Origin: an uncultured Chlorobiota bacterium
Lineage (GTDB): Bacteria; Bacteroidota; Bacteroidia; Bacteroidales; JAADGE01
Direction of reading: 5' to 3'
DNA length: 57,668 nucleotides
Assembly: GCA_947311445.1 (NCBI GenBank)
Contig: CAMZKV010000007.1
Location: forward strand, 1-57,668
Part shown: positions 28,696 to 40,370 of the stretch, one piece after another
Layout: every line of letters begins with the position of its first letter
Position numbering within the stretch: the stretch's first letter is position 1
The notes under the pieces: model-generated
Database searches by the model: none
What the model was told of the DNA's origin: nothing
Seen by the model: only the letters and a program-made list of their open reading frames with translations
Position numbers and translations under genes: made by a program

Positions 28696-31008
28696 TTATG
28701 CTTCCCAATTTATTCCTAAAAAAGTAACATCATCAATTTGTTCTTGTTCTTGTTGCCAGTTATTAAAATAATCTCTGAATATTACTTCTTGATCTTTAAA
28801 AGATAATGAGCTATTTTCTGTAATAATATTTTTAAATTGTTTTTTACCTATCTTCTTCCCTTCTGGGTTTATTTGGTCGTAATATCCATCAGAGAAAAGA
28901 TATATTTTGTCATTTTTTTGAAGCTGAATTTCTATGGTTTGAAAATTAGTTTCATTATAATGAAAACCTATAGGGTTTCTACTGGCTTTATATTCAATTA
29001 ATTCGTTATTGCGAATAATTATTAAAGGATGATAAGCTCCGGAATATTTCATGATGTTTGTTTTAGAATCTACATTGCAAAGAGAAATATTAAAGCCGTC
29101 AGGATTGTTGCTTCCAAATGTTTTGTATGTTTTTTTAAAGCGTTGCCGTATTAAATCTAATGTTTTTCCTGTGTTTTCTGCATTTCCTGTTTTTGCAATT
29201 TCATGAAGATATGTAATGGCAATCATACTAAGGAAGCCTCCAGAAATCCCATGCCCTGTGCAATCACCAACCGCAAATATTATTTGGTTTTTTACTTTAT
29301 TTACATAGTAAAAATCTCCTCCAACCGAGAATTTTTGTTCAAATATTAGAAAATAGTTATTGAAAAGTTTGTCAATTAATTCTATCTTCGATAAAAGTGC
29401 ATCTTGTATTTTTTTTGCATACCTAAGATTGTCTAATATGTCTTTATGTGCAGAAGCAATTTTTTTATTGCTTTCTTCCAATTCCAATTCTGTTTGCTTT
29501 CTTCGTGTAATGTCTCTTGAAATTCCTCCTATTGCAATAGCCTTGTTGTTTTTATCATAAATAAGATAAGCCATAACTTCCGCAATAATTATATGCCCGT
29601 CTTTATGTATATATTCAATTTCGGTTGTTATTCCTTTTGCTGCATCCGGATTGTTTCTTATTTCTACTGTGTTTTCAATCAATTTTTTAATTTTGAGTTG
29701 AAATTCTTTTGTATGTATTTTTGCTAAACCAAATGATTTAATTTCTTCGATAGTATAACCCAAGAATTTTTTACAAGAAGGGCTTATATATAATGGTTCA
29801 ACATCAAAAGATAGCATCCATATAAAATCACTCATGTAATTTGCCAATAAATCATATTTTTTAATCGTTTCTTCTAATAATTTATATTGGCTTGCAATTT
29901 TTTCATGTGCATTTATAAGTACTTCATTGTTTTGTTTTAGCTCTTCTGTTTTTGCAGAAAGTTGTTTGTTTTTATGTTTTATTTCTTTTTCTGTGTTTTT
30001 TCTTTCAGTTATATCTTGAAGAACACCAATCATATGGATAAGACTACCTTTTTTGTCTTTTATTATTTCAGAAGTTGCATCTATGAAGTGGATCTTATCT
30101 TCTTTTATAATACGATATTCTGTTTTGTGAATTTTTATATTATTTTTAATTGCTAAATCTAATTCTTTTAGGATTCTATCTTTGTCTTTATAATAAATAT
30201 AGTTTAAAAACTCTTCATATTTTAGTTTTTTTCCTGTATTTTCTTTTCCGAAAATATCATATGTTATATCAGTCCAAATAACATCGCCGGTTTTAACATT
30301 CCATTCCCAAGTTCCAATTCTTCCGGTTTTTTGTGCAAGACTTAAACGTTTTTCATTTTCTTTTAATTTTTTGTTAACTAAAAACAATTCGTCATTTTTT
30401 AGCTTTTGTTCATTGTCATAGATTGTAAGCTCGTCATTGGTTTTTTCTAAGTCAGATAAAGCTTTTTTTAAGTGTTTTTGGGTTTCTTCCCTCGAATATT
30501 CAATGGTTATAAAAAGTATATTTAAAATTATATAGGAAACAACAAATCTTAACATTAAACTTGGAGTATAACTATTTGTTAGAAGTTCAGGAAAAAAAAG
30601 ATAGATTGATAATGAGGTTAGTAAAAAAAACAAAGAGTAAATAGCACCTCTTTTATAGTTTGTTAATGATATTGCTAATGTTGAAAAAATATAAAACCAA
30701 AATAAACCCGCAACACCTACACCTAAGAAAGTAAATATTATTATAGAAAAAACAAACATTAATAAAATAATAATGTGTGCAGAAATATCAACTTTATTTG
30801 AAAAATAAAGAAAGACAATATTAGAAAATGTAATTATCCAAAAAATAAAAATGTAGGTACTATATACTATTTTTCCAGACATTAATCCTCCTACTCCAAA
30901 CATTGTAAGTGGGATTAATGCAGTAAAAGAAAAAAGAAAAACTAGAAACTTTTTTCTTTTAATTTCATTGTTAATATTAATTTTAAATAATGATTTTATT
31001 TTTTGCAA
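28696..31008 (-). CDS. Membrane sensor with about 6 TM helices, two PAS/PAC domains and a SpoIIE/PP2C phosphatase (SiaA-like)
   Basis: IGTWEWN and QDITERK; SRDITRRK; VGGDFYY, GDCTGHG, LFSDGYYDQ, QIDDVT; TTG start uncertain. Confidence 0.9.
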   Translation of the reverse strand: MQKIKSLFKININNEIKRKKFLVFLFSFTALIPLTMFGVGGLMSGKIVYSTYIFIFWIITFSNIVFLYFSNKVDISAHIIILLMFVFSIIIFTFLGVGVAGLFWFYIFSTLAISLTNYKRGAIYSLFFLLTSLSIYLFFPELLTNSYTPSLMLRFVVSYIILNILFITIEYSREETQKHLKKALSDLEKTNDELTIYDNEQKLKNDELFLVNKKLKENEKRLSLAQKTGRIGTWEWNVKTGDVIWTDITYDIFGKENTGKKLKYEEFLNYIYYKDKDRILKELDLAIKNNIKIHKTEYRIIKEDKIHFIDATSEIIKDKKGSLIHMIGVLQDITERKNTEKEIKHKNKQLSAKTEELKQNNEVLINAHEKIASQYKLLEETIKKYDLLANYMSDFIWMLSFDVEPLYISPSCKKFLGYTIEEIKSFGLAKIHTKEFQLKIKKLIENTVEIRNNPDAAKGITTEIEYIHKDGHIIIAEVMAYLIYDKNNKAIAIGGISRDITRRKQTELELEESNKKIASAHKDILDNLRYAKKIQDALLSKIELIDKLFNNYFLIFEQKFSVGGDFYYVNKVKNQIIFAVGDCTGHGISGGFLSMIAITYLHEIAKTGNAENTGKTLDLIRQRFKKTYKTFGSNNPDGFNISLCNVDSKTNIMKYSGAYHPLIIIRNNELIEYKASRNPIGFHYNETNFQTIEIQLQKNDKIYLFSDGYYDQINPEGKKIGKKQFKNIITENSSLSFKDQEVIFRDYFNNWQQEQEQIDDVTFLGINWEA

Positions 31009-31048
31009 TTTAGAGAGTATTATTTTAATAACTTAATTTTTTTAAGAA

Positions 31049-31417
31049 CTATTCAGCCTCTTCAAAAATTTTAATGGGAATATTAAAAATGTCAGCTAAT
31101 TCTTCTGCAAATTCGAGATTGTCTTCATCATCATAAACATACCACAAAATTTTTATTTTCTTTCCAGATTTAAAAAAGTTATTTAGCCTTGATATTAAGT
31201 ATAGAATTTTCTTTTGAGTTATACTGCTTATAACATAAAGTTTAAAAACACAATCTAATTCACAAGAAAGACTTGGGATTTCTTTTTCAATCAAACTTAT
31301 TATATCGTCAAATAATTTGTCAACAGATTCGGAATAAGACGAACCTATTATTTCAAATTTGCATTCTTCAATTGAGATATATATAGAAGGACTCCCTTTT
31401 GTATCTTTAATATGCAT
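31049..31417 (-). CDS. Divergent SiaC-family (DUF1987) protein
   Basis: DTKGSP, FEIIGSSYSE, LYVISSITQK aligns to LEYFNTSSSK, WYVYDDEDNLEFAEE. Confidence 0.78.
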   Translation of the reverse strand: MHIKDTKGSPSIYISIEECKFEIIGSSYSESVDKLFDDIISLIEKEIPSLSCELDCVFKLYVISSITQKKILYLISRLNNFFKSGKKIKILWYVYDDEDNLEFAEELADIFNIPIKIFEEAE

Positions 31418-31488
31418 AGTTTTATTTTAAAAAATTTATCTACCAAATATAGATATAAAAACTTTAAAAAATAAAAAAGTTAAGAAAA

Positions 31489-32667
31489 TTATTTTTCTTT
31501 TCGAAAAATTTTTAATAAAAAGAAAGAAATTAAAAATGTTAATAACCCTAATGTTATTGCTAACACAAAAGCACCTACTATATACTGAAATAAGTCCTGA
31601 GAAACAGTTTTAAGATTTATGTCGGATGTAAAATGAAGTAAATTAATGTTTTTATTTAAAACTAATGCTCCCATATAAAAACTTCCGAATAAAATAAAAG
31701 GTATCATTGGAGGAACACTAATATTTGCAGCAAGAACAACAATTGCTTTGTTAAGTTTAAAATATTGCGAAAGTGCCAGAGCTACAATTACCTGCCACCC
31801 CCAAATAGGAATAATTCCCATGAAAAAACCAAAACCTATTGCTTTTGAAATTTTAATATTGCTGTCTTTGGCTTGAAGAATGTCTTCTTTAAAAATACGT
31901 TTAAATCCTTTCTTTTTTATGTTGTGAAAGAGTCTTGCAGGAAGACCGAATATTATAGCACAAACTACTAAAATTGTATTTAAAACACTAATTCTAAAAA
32001 AATCTTTAAATGGTCTAAAGTGTGTAATTCTTTCAGCTTTTTCAGGGTAAAAAACTTCTATTGGAACAGCTTCAATATCAACACCTCGCCATGAATTACG
32101 AACTATAACTTCAATCTCAAATTCATATTTGTTTGAAAAGTATCTTATTTTATTAATTTTTTTTAAAGGATAGAGACGATATCCGGATTGTGTGTCGGGA
32201 TGTTTTATTGCCGTTTCAATTCTGAACCAGAAATTAGAAAATTTATTTGCAAAACTACTGCCTTGTTTTTGGTCTTGTCCATCCATATTCCGAGCTCCAA
32301 TAATTATTGCATTTTTGTTTTTGTTAAGTTTAAGGAGAAATTGTGGCAAATCTGAAGCGTAATGTTGCCCGTCGGAATCAATTGAAATTGCATATTTATA
32401 ACCAAGTTCTTCGGCAAATTTAAAACCTGTTCTAAGAGCAAAGCCTTTCCCTTTGTTTTTTTTATAGGTTTTTATTTTAATTTCAGAAAATTTATTTAAA
32501 ACATCAAGAGTATTATCCGTTGAGCCATCATTAACAACAATCACATTTTTAGTGTATTGCAAAACATCTTTTATGACTTTTCCTAAAACGACTGAATTAT
32601 TAAAAGTTGGTATTAAAACACAACATTTTTTTTCTTCAAATATTTTATGGTAATTTTCGGCTTTCAT
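31489..32667 (-). CDS. GT2 glycosyltransferase fused to DUF2062
   Basis: LIPTFN, VNDGSTD, NKGKGFAL, IDSDGQH, DTQSGYRLYP, THFRPFKDF; C-terminal GIIPIWGWQ...ANISVPP. Confidence 0.9.
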   Translation of the reverse strand: MKAENYHKIFEEKKCCVLIPTFNNSVVLGKVIKDVLQYTKNVIVVNDGSTDNTLDVLNKFSEIKIKTYKKNKGKGFALRTGFKFAEELGYKYAISIDSDGQHYASDLPQFLLKLNKNKNAIIIGARNMDGQDQKQGSSFANKFSNFWFRIETAIKHPDTQSGYRLYPLKKINKIRYFSNKYEFEIEVIVRNSWRGVDIEAVPIEVFYPEKAERITHFRPFKDFFRISVLNTILVVCAIIFGLPARLFHNIKKKGFKRIFKEDILQAKDSNIKISKAIGFGFFMGIIPIWGWQVIVALALSQYFKLNKAIVVLAANISVPPMIPFILFGSFYMGALVLNKNINLLHFTSDINLKTVSQDLFQYIVGAFVLAITLGLLTFLISFFLLKIFRKEK

Positions 32668-32888
32668 TTCAAGTGCAAATTAATATTTTTTTTTGGAAGT
32701 TTCCTAATTTTGAATGAATGAGATTGAAAAAGATTAGAAATAGATTGTTGTATATTTTATTAGATAATTAAATAATAATATTTAATTGTATTTTCTTTGC
32801 GAAACTTTGTATTCCCAAAGTGCTTTTTGTGAAACGTTTTTAGAATGTTGCTGTTTTGCTGATAATAAACATATTAGATGAAAAAATA

Positions 32889-34586
32889 ATGAAGAAAATA
32901 TTTAAATTATTAAAATACTTTTTATTATCACTAATAGCTCTTGTGGTATTATTTATAATTTACTTTTTTTTAGCTGTAAAAATGTCTCCACCAGAAGTAA
33001 CGGATGTTTCTTTTGAAAAAGTTAAAAGACAGACATTAGGTAAAAATTTTTATGGAATAAAGAACAACAGACTTCGAAAAAGTGAAAGTGGTTTATACGA
33101 ACTTTATATTGAAGGAAAACCATATGAAAGAGGTGTTTTTCATGGAAAACTTACAAAAGAACTAAGTAAAAAACAAGAAGATGCTTTTGTAGAAGAAATT
33201 AGAAAAATGATTCCTTCTAAAGCATTTTTAAATTATTTAAAATATTTAACCGCTTGGTTTAACCGAAATATGGACGAATATATTCCAAATGAATATTTGA
33301 AAGAAATTTATGGAGAATCTTTTTCTGCGTCAAAAGAATATGAATTTATAGGAGAAAATTACCAACGAATTTTAAATTATCATGGTGCACACGACATTGG
33401 TCATGCTTTGCAAAACATTACAAAAGTAGGCTGTACATCTTTTTCTGTAAACCATAGCAAAACCGAAGATGGACATTTACTTTTAGGCAGAAATTTCGAC
33501 TTTTTCGTAGGAGATAAATTTGCCGAAGATAAAATTGTATGTTTCTACAATCCTAGCGAAGGCTATAAATTTGTAATGATTAGCTGGGGAGGATTTCATG
33601 GAGTTACTTCTGGAATGAATATGCAAGGGCTAACAGTAACTTTAAACGCAGCAAAATCCGAAATACCTACTTCTTCGGCAGACCCAATTTCACTTATTGC
33701 AAGAGAAATACTGCAATATTCATCAAATATTGATGAGGCTTTTAAAATTGCAAAAAAACGTAAAGCATTTGTTGCCGAAGCTATTATGATTGGTTCTGCA
33801 AAAGATGATGCAACTGCAATAATTGAAATTACTCCGGATGATTGCCAACTTTTTAATCCTAAAACTGATGTTATTGTAGGTCCCAACCATTTTCAATCAG
33901 AAGAATTTAAAAATATGGAATTAAATCTTGAGAATATTAGGGAAAGTTCATCAATGTATAGATACAAAAGAATGCAGGAATTAATTGCCAAATACGATAC
34001 AATAAATTATAAAAAAGTTGCTAAAATTCTGAGAGATAAAAAAGGTTTAAATGATAAAAATGTGGGTTTTGGGAATGAAAAAAGTATTTGTCAATTAATT
34101 TCTCATCATTCAATAATTTTTAAACCTGATGAATTGAAATTTTGGATTTCAACAAACCCATATCAACTTGGAAAATATGTTTGTTACAATTTAGATAGTG
34201 TTTTTGCAAATTTCCCAGCTATAGAAGATGATATTGAAATTTATGAAAAAGAATTTATAATTCCTCCTGATACTTTTTTATATGCTATTGAATATGAGAA
34301 TTTTAAATATTTCAAGAAAAATAAAGAAACCATAAAAAAAGCCACAAAAGAAAAAAATAATACAGTTTCTGATGAAGAAATAAAGGCCTTTATAAATTCA
34401 AACTCGGAATATTTTTATGCTTATCAGCTTGTAGGAGATTACTATTTTTCAAAAGAAAGGTATAAGGATGCGAAGCATTATTATGAAATTGCTCTTAAAA
34501 AGGAAATATCTACGGTTCCGGAAAGGAATGTAATTGAGGAAAGTTTGAGTGAAATTAATAAGAAAAAAAGACGTTTAAATAATTAA
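32889..34586 (+). CDS. C45-family autoproteolytic acyltransferase/hydrolase (Ntn fold) with C-terminal TPR-like helices (start moved to ATG 32889)
   Basis: N-terminal TM, HGAHDIGH, GCTSF nucleophile site, GRNFDF, SGMN..GL, NHFQS, ISHHS. Confidence 0.87.
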   Translation: MKKIFKLLKYFLLSLIALVVLFIIYFFLAVKMSPPEVTDVSFEKVKRQTLGKNFYGIKNNRLRKSESGLYELYIEGKPYERGVFHGKLTKELSKKQEDAFVEEIRKMIPSKAFLNYLKYLTAWFNRNMDEYIPNEYLKEIYGESFSASKEYEFIGENYQRILNYHGAHDIGHALQNITKVGCTSFSVNHSKTEDGHLLLGRNFDFFVGDKFAEDKIVCFYNPSEGYKFVMISWGGFHGVTSGMNMQGLTVTLNAAKSEIPTSSADPISLIAREILQYSSNIDEAFKIAKKRKAFVAEAIMIGSAKDDATAIIEITPDDCQLFNPKTDVIVGPNHFQSEEFKNMELNLENIRESSSMYRYKRMQELIAKYDTINYKKVAKILRDKKGLNDKNVGFGNEKSICQLISHHSIIFKPDELKFWISTNPYQLGKYVCYNLDSVFANFPAIEDDIEIYEKEFIIPPDTFLYAIEYENFKYFKKNKETIKKATKEKNNTVSDEEIKAFINSNSEYFYAYQLVGDYYFSKERYKDAKHYYEIALKKEISTVPERNVIEESLSEINKKKRRLNN

Positions 34587-34595
34587 ACGTCTTTT
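34566..34595. terminator. Bidirectional terminator between the convergent C45 gene and sucD
   Basis: AAAAGACGTTTAA-ataa-TTAAACGTCTTTT perfect inverted repeat. Confidence 0.85.
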
Positions 34596-34615
34596 CATAA
34601 ATATTACTGACTTTC

Positions 34616-35485
34616 TTATTTTAAAAGTTCAGCCATTTTTGTTCCTAAGTCTGCAGGAGAATCAACAACATGAACTCCACATTCTCTTAGAATTTGTTTT
34701 TTAGCTTGGGCAGTGTCTGCTTTTCCTCCAATTATTGCACCTGCATGTCCCATCCTTTTTCCTTTTGGTGCAGTTTCTCCTGCAATAAATCCAACAACTG
34801 GTTTAGTTCCGTTAGCTTTGATCCATTCAGCAGCTTCTGCTTCCATATTTCCACCTATTTCACCAATCATAACTATTCCTTTTGTTTCAGGATCTGCTTC
34901 AAAAAGTTTTATTGCATCAAGTGTTGAAGTTCCAATAATTGGATCTCCACCAATACCAATTGCAGTTGTTTGACCTAAACCTACTTTTGTAATTTGGTCA
35001 ACAGCTTCATAAGTTAAAGTTCCTGATTTTGAAACAATTCCTACTGAACCTTTCTTAAAAATAAAACCTGGCATAATTCCAACTTTTGCTTCATCTGCTG
35101 TAATAATTCCCGGGCAATTTGGTCCAATTAAAGTACTTTCTTTATCCGATAAATATTCCTTTACTTTTACCATGTCGGAGGTAGGGATTCCTTCTGTAAT
35201 TGCAACAATAACTTTAATTCCTGCATTGGCAGCTTCCATAATTGCATCAGCTGCAAATGCCGGAGGAACAAAAATAATTGAAACATTTGCACCAGTTTCT
35301 TTAACTGCATCTTCAACAGTATTAAAAATTGGTTTGTCTAATCTGAATTGTCCGCCTTTGCCAGGAGTAACTCCACCAACTACATTTGTTCCATACTCAA
35401 TCATTTGTGTTGCATGAAATGTTCCTTCACTTCCGGTAAAGCCCTGAACTATAACTTTTGAATCTTTATTTACTAATACGCTCAT
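34616..35485 (-). CDS. sucD: Succinate--CoA ligase alpha subunit
   Basis: [38 protein letters not shown]. Confidence 0.98.
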   Translation of the reverse strand: MSVLVNKDSKVIVQGFTGSEGTFHATQMIEYGTNVVGGVTPGKGGQFRLDKPIFNTVEDAVKETGANVSIIFVPPAFAADAIMEAANAGIKVIVAITEGIPTSDMVKVKEYLSDKESTLIGPNCPGIITADEAKVGIMPGFIFKKGSVGIVSKSGTLTYEAVDQITKVGLGQTTAIGIGGDPIIGTSTLDAIKLFEADPETKGIVMIGEIGGNMEAEAAEWIKANGTKPVVGFIAGETAPKGKRMGHAGAIIGGKADTAQAKKQILRECGVHVVDSPADLGTKMAELLK

Positions 35486-35595
35486 TTATAGATAGTTTAA
35501 TATTTGTTTGAAATTGAATGCCAAAAGTAATTTTTTTCATTCATTAAACAAAAAAAATAAAGATGTTTGATAGCAAGGTATTTTTATATGCAGAT

Positions 35596-35627
35596 TTATT
35601 AATAATATGTATTATTAATAATATGTA
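35596..35627. repeat. Perfect 16-bp direct repeat TTATTAATAATATGTA x2
   Basis: Read directly; each unit contains the palindrome TTATTAATAA. Confidence 0.75.
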
Positions 35628-35822
35628 ACTTGTTAAACCATGAGAGTGTTACTAAACTTGTCAGTATTTAAATTGTAAGGAATTTGTTGAGTTTTACAAA
35701 AAAGCAAATATATAATTCTAAAATTGAACGATGCAATAATTTATAAGAACAACAATTTTAATTTACAAAAAAGATATATTTGCAATTATTTTTAAATACT
35801 ATTCTATGGAAAAAAACATAAT

Positions 35823-36707
35823 ATGACAAACCTAAAAGACATAATATTTATTATAAATCCAAATTCAGGGAAAAAGAAAATATCTTCTATCTTAAAACAA
35901 ATAAAAAATTTTGATAATGAATTGTCTTACTTCATAACTAAATCTGAAAAAGATTTTAAAAATTTTGTTTCAGAAAATAATAAAAAATATAAAGTATTTG
36001 TGATTGTTGGTGGTGATGGAACTGTAAATAGTGCAGTTGATATATTTTACAACTATCCCGAAAATAAGTTGGCAATAATTCCGGCAGGCTCAGGAAACGG
36101 ATTTGCAATAGAATTAGGCTTTAAAAAAAATATAAAATCACTTATTGATGATATTTTAAAAGATGAAACTGTTGAAATTGATGTTTTACAAGCAAATGGC
36201 GAGAAATTTATAAACTTATTCGGATTAGGATTTGACAGCTATGTTGCTCACGATTTTGCCAGAAGAAAGAAAAGAGGATTAAGAAATTATATTAGGTCAA
36301 TTACAAAATCAATATTTAAATATAAACCTATTGAGGCAGAATTAAAATTTGCAGACAAAACAATAAGCGGAAAATTTAATATGATAATTGTTGCAAACAC
36401 CAAACAATTTGGCAATAATGCATACATAGCTCCCTTTGCAAAACCAAACAATGGATTTTACGATTTAGTTTTAATAAAACCTTTTCCTGTTTTTATCTAC
36501 CCTTTTTTTCTTATTAGAATGATGACAGGGAAACTAAAAAGTTCTAAATATATTACATACCTGAAGTTAAAAAATGATTTAACAATAAAAACTTCTTTTA
36601 CAAAATATCATATTGACGGCGAACCGAGAGATTCAACAGATATTATAAATTTAAAGAAATTAGAAAATATAATAAAGTTCATTAAAACTACAAAGTGTAG
36701 AATTTAA
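35823..36707 (+). CDS. Diacylglycerol/sphingosine kinase family (YegS-like) lipid kinase
   Basis: IINPNSG, GGDGTVN, IPAGSGNGFA, GLGFD, ANTKQFG, HIDGE. Confidence 0.92.
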   Translation: MTNLKDIIFIINPNSGKKKISSILKQIKNFDNELSYFITKSEKDFKNFVSENNKKYKVFVIVGGDGTVNSAVDIFYNYPENKLAIIPAGSGNGFAIELGFKKNIKSLIDDILKDETVEIDVLQANGEKFINLFGLGFDSYVAHDFARRKKRGLRNYIRSITKSIFKYKPIEAELKFADKTISGKFNMIIVANTKQFGNNAYIAPFAKPNNGFYDLVLIKPFPVFIYPFFLIRMMTGKLKSSKYITYLKLKNDLTIKTSFTKYHIDGEPRDSTDIINLKKLENIIKFIKTTKCRI

Positions 36708-36728
36708 TTTATAAGATTATTTTATTTA

Positions 36729-36853
36729 TGACGAAATGTCACAAATATGACAAACTAAATCCAAATCAATTGTAAACAATATTGTTTTAACTGAATATTC
36801 GTCATGTAAAAACGCTCAACTAATACCAAATACCCTTTGGCATAAAATATGTA
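36729..36853 (+). promoter_or_regulatory. Putative sigma54 (-24/-12) promoter with upstream palindrome, for groL
   Basis: TGGCATAAAATATGTA at 36838-36853 (GG and GT 12 nt apart); near-palindrome TGACGAAATGTCA at 36729-36741. Confidence 0.5.
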
Positions 36854-36875
36854 AAATTCAAAACTGAAAATTTAA

Positions 36876-38546
<1,671 letters not shown>

Positions 38547-38568
38547 TACTGAAACTAAAATAAATAAG

Positions 38569-38602
38569 AAAACTTTTCATTAAAATAATGAGAAGTTTTT
38601 TT
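38569..38602 (+). terminator. Probable terminator after groL
   Basis: AAAACTTTTCATTA-aaa-TAATGAGAAGTTTT followed by a T run. Confidence 0.7.
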
Positions 38603-38613
38603 ATTTTCGCAAA

Positions 38614-39198
38614 ATGATAAGATTTTTTGATGTTTTATTGTCAATTATTGGAATTGTTTTTTTATCCCCTTTTTTTTTAATTATTTCCTGCTTAATTATA
38701 TTAGATAGCCATGGAGGAATTGTTTATAAACAAAAAAGGGTAGGAAAGAATGGTGTTGAGTTTAATTTGTTGAAATTCAGATCAATGAAACAGAATTCTG
38801 ACAAAAAAGGTTTGTTAACTGTAGGAGAAAAAGATAACAGAATAACAAAAATTGGATATTATCTACGAAAGTATAAAATTGATGAAAGTTTGCAACTTTT
38901 TAATGTTTTTATTGGACAAATGAGTATGGTAGGTCCAAGACCCGAGGTTAAAAAGTTTGTAGATTTATATACAGAAGACCAAAAAAAAGTTCTTTCAATA
39001 AAACCTGGGATAACTGATTATGCTTCAATTGAATTTGTAAATGAAAATGAAATTTTAGACAAAGCAGACAATCCTGAAAAAATGTATGTTGAAGAGATAA
39101 TGAATAAAAAGATAGAATTGAATATGAAATTTATTAACAATTATCATCTTAAAAGTTACTTTAAAGTTATATTTTTAACTTTTCATAAAATTATTTAA
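38614..39198 (+). CDS. Bacterial sugar transferase (small monotopic phosphoglycosyl transferase)
   Basis: RFFDV, KFRSM, LRKYKIDE, MSMVGPRPEV, KPGIT. Confidence 0.93.
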   Translation: MIRFFDVLLSIIGIVFLSPFFLIISCLIILDSHGGIVYKQKRVGKNGVEFNLLKFRSMKQNSDKKGLLTVGEKDNRITKIGYYLRKYKIDESLQLFNVFIGQMSMVGPRPEVKKFVDLYTEDQKKVLSIKPGITDYASIEFVNENEILDKADNPEKMYVEEIMNKKIELNMKFINNYHLKSYFKVIFLTFHKII

Positions 39199-39205
39199 TA
39201 ATAAT

Positions 39206-39231
39206 TGCAACCCTTCTTTTGTGTTGCATCT
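39206..39231 (+). promoter_or_regulatory. Putative ECF-sigma autoregulatory promoter (TGCAAC...GCATCT)
   Basis: AAC-type -35 and CATC -10, 15 nt apart, ending 15 nt upstream of the ECF ATG. Confidence 0.55.
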
Positions 39232-39246
39232 TTAAACTACAACTCA

Positions 39247-39840
39247 ATGCCTGTCAGCAATAAGATAATAAGACAGTGTAAAAAAGGAGACGAAAAAGCT
39301 CAAGAATATATTTTTAATAAATATTCTTCTGTTCTTTTTGGTATATGTTTAAGATTTATGAAAAATAAAGTGAAAGCTGAAGACGTACTTCAAGATTCAT
39401 TTTTAACTATTTTTACTAAAATAAAACAGTATAAAGGAAAAGGTTCTTTTGAGGGCTGGATAAAAAGAATTACAATTAATACTGCATTGATGCAGTTAAG
39501 AACAGACAAAAAAGAAATTGTATCGGATGAAATAGAAAATGTAAAATCATTTTATGACAATGAAGAAGAAAAGAAATATTTAGACATTAAAAAACCAAAG
39601 TCAATTATTGAAAATGCAAACCTATCACAAGATGATATTTTAGAAGCAGTTTCAAATTTGCCAAGTGGATTTAAAACCGTTTTTAATTTATACGTAATTG
39701 ACGGATTTAAACATAAAGAAATTGCAAAAGAATTAAAAATAAGTATTGGGACTTCAAAATCCCAATTAATGAGAGCAAGAAAAAAACTAGAAAAAATACT
39801 ATATAAAATAGCAATAACAAAACTTAAAACAAAGAAATAG
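39247..39840 (+). CDS. ECF sigma-70 factor (start moved to ATG 39247)
   Basis: AEDVLQDSF, GSFEGWIKRI, LPSGFKTVFNLYVIDGFKHKEIA, GTSKSQL.RAR. Confidence 0.95.
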   Translation: MPVSNKIIRQCKKGDEKAQEYIFNKYSSVLFGICLRFMKNKVKAEDVLQDSFLTIFTKIKQYKGKGSFEGWIKRITINTALMQLRTDKKEIVSDEIENVKSFYDNEEEKKYLDIKKPKSIIENANLSQDDILEAVSNLPSGFKTVFNLYVIDGFKHKEIAKELKISIGTSKSQLMRARKKLEKILYKIAITKLKTKK

Positions 39841-39845
39841 ATTAA

Positions 39846-40328
39846 ATGAAAAAAGATATTGAATATATTGATAAACTGGTAGAAGATAAACTAAGTAATC
39901 TTAAAAAAACTCCCGAACTCCAATGGGCTGTTTTCAGCTCAAAGTTTTCAGGAAAACTACAGGCAAGCACTAGTTTGTTTTCTTCTGCCAATAATATTAT
40001 TACTGTTAAAAATGCAACAATAACAGTAATAAGTTTATCTGTTTTAGCAACCGGAATAATACTATATAGTAACTCAGAAACTGAAAAAGATATTTTAAAA
40101 TCTACCAATAAAATAGAAAAAGTAGAAACTAAAACAGATATTCAGAACAAAGAAATTAAAGACAAATTAATTCAGAATGAAAATGTTTCTAATAACAAAT
40201 TTTTGAAAGATAGTACAAGCTCTATTAAAGAATCTAAAAATAAAGATGTAATTGTTAAAATTAAAGTCCCTGTTCATAAAGAAGTTAAAATAAAAAAAGA
40301 AATTATTATAGATACTATTTCAGATTAA
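39846..40328 (+). CDS. Putative single-pass anti-sigma factor
   Basis: 5 nt after the ECF stop; N-terminal IDKLVEDKL...P...W motif; one TM helix; low-complexity periplasmic part. Confidence 0.6.
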   Translation: MKKDIEYIDKLVEDKLSNLKKTPELQWAVFSSKFSGKLQASTSLFSSANNIITVKNATITVISLSVLATGIILYSNSETEKDILKSTNKIEKVETKTDIQNKEIKDKLIQNENVSNNKFLKDSTSSIKESKNKDVIVKIKVPVHKEVKIKKEIIIDTISD

Positions 40329-40370
40329 AACAGCGTTGCTATAAGAAATAATTACGAAAAAATTAAGAAG

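Noticed and set aside
39205-39246. TTG-start extension of the ECF sigma
   Set aside because: This stretch holds the candidate promoter; ATG 39247 gives a normal-length ECF
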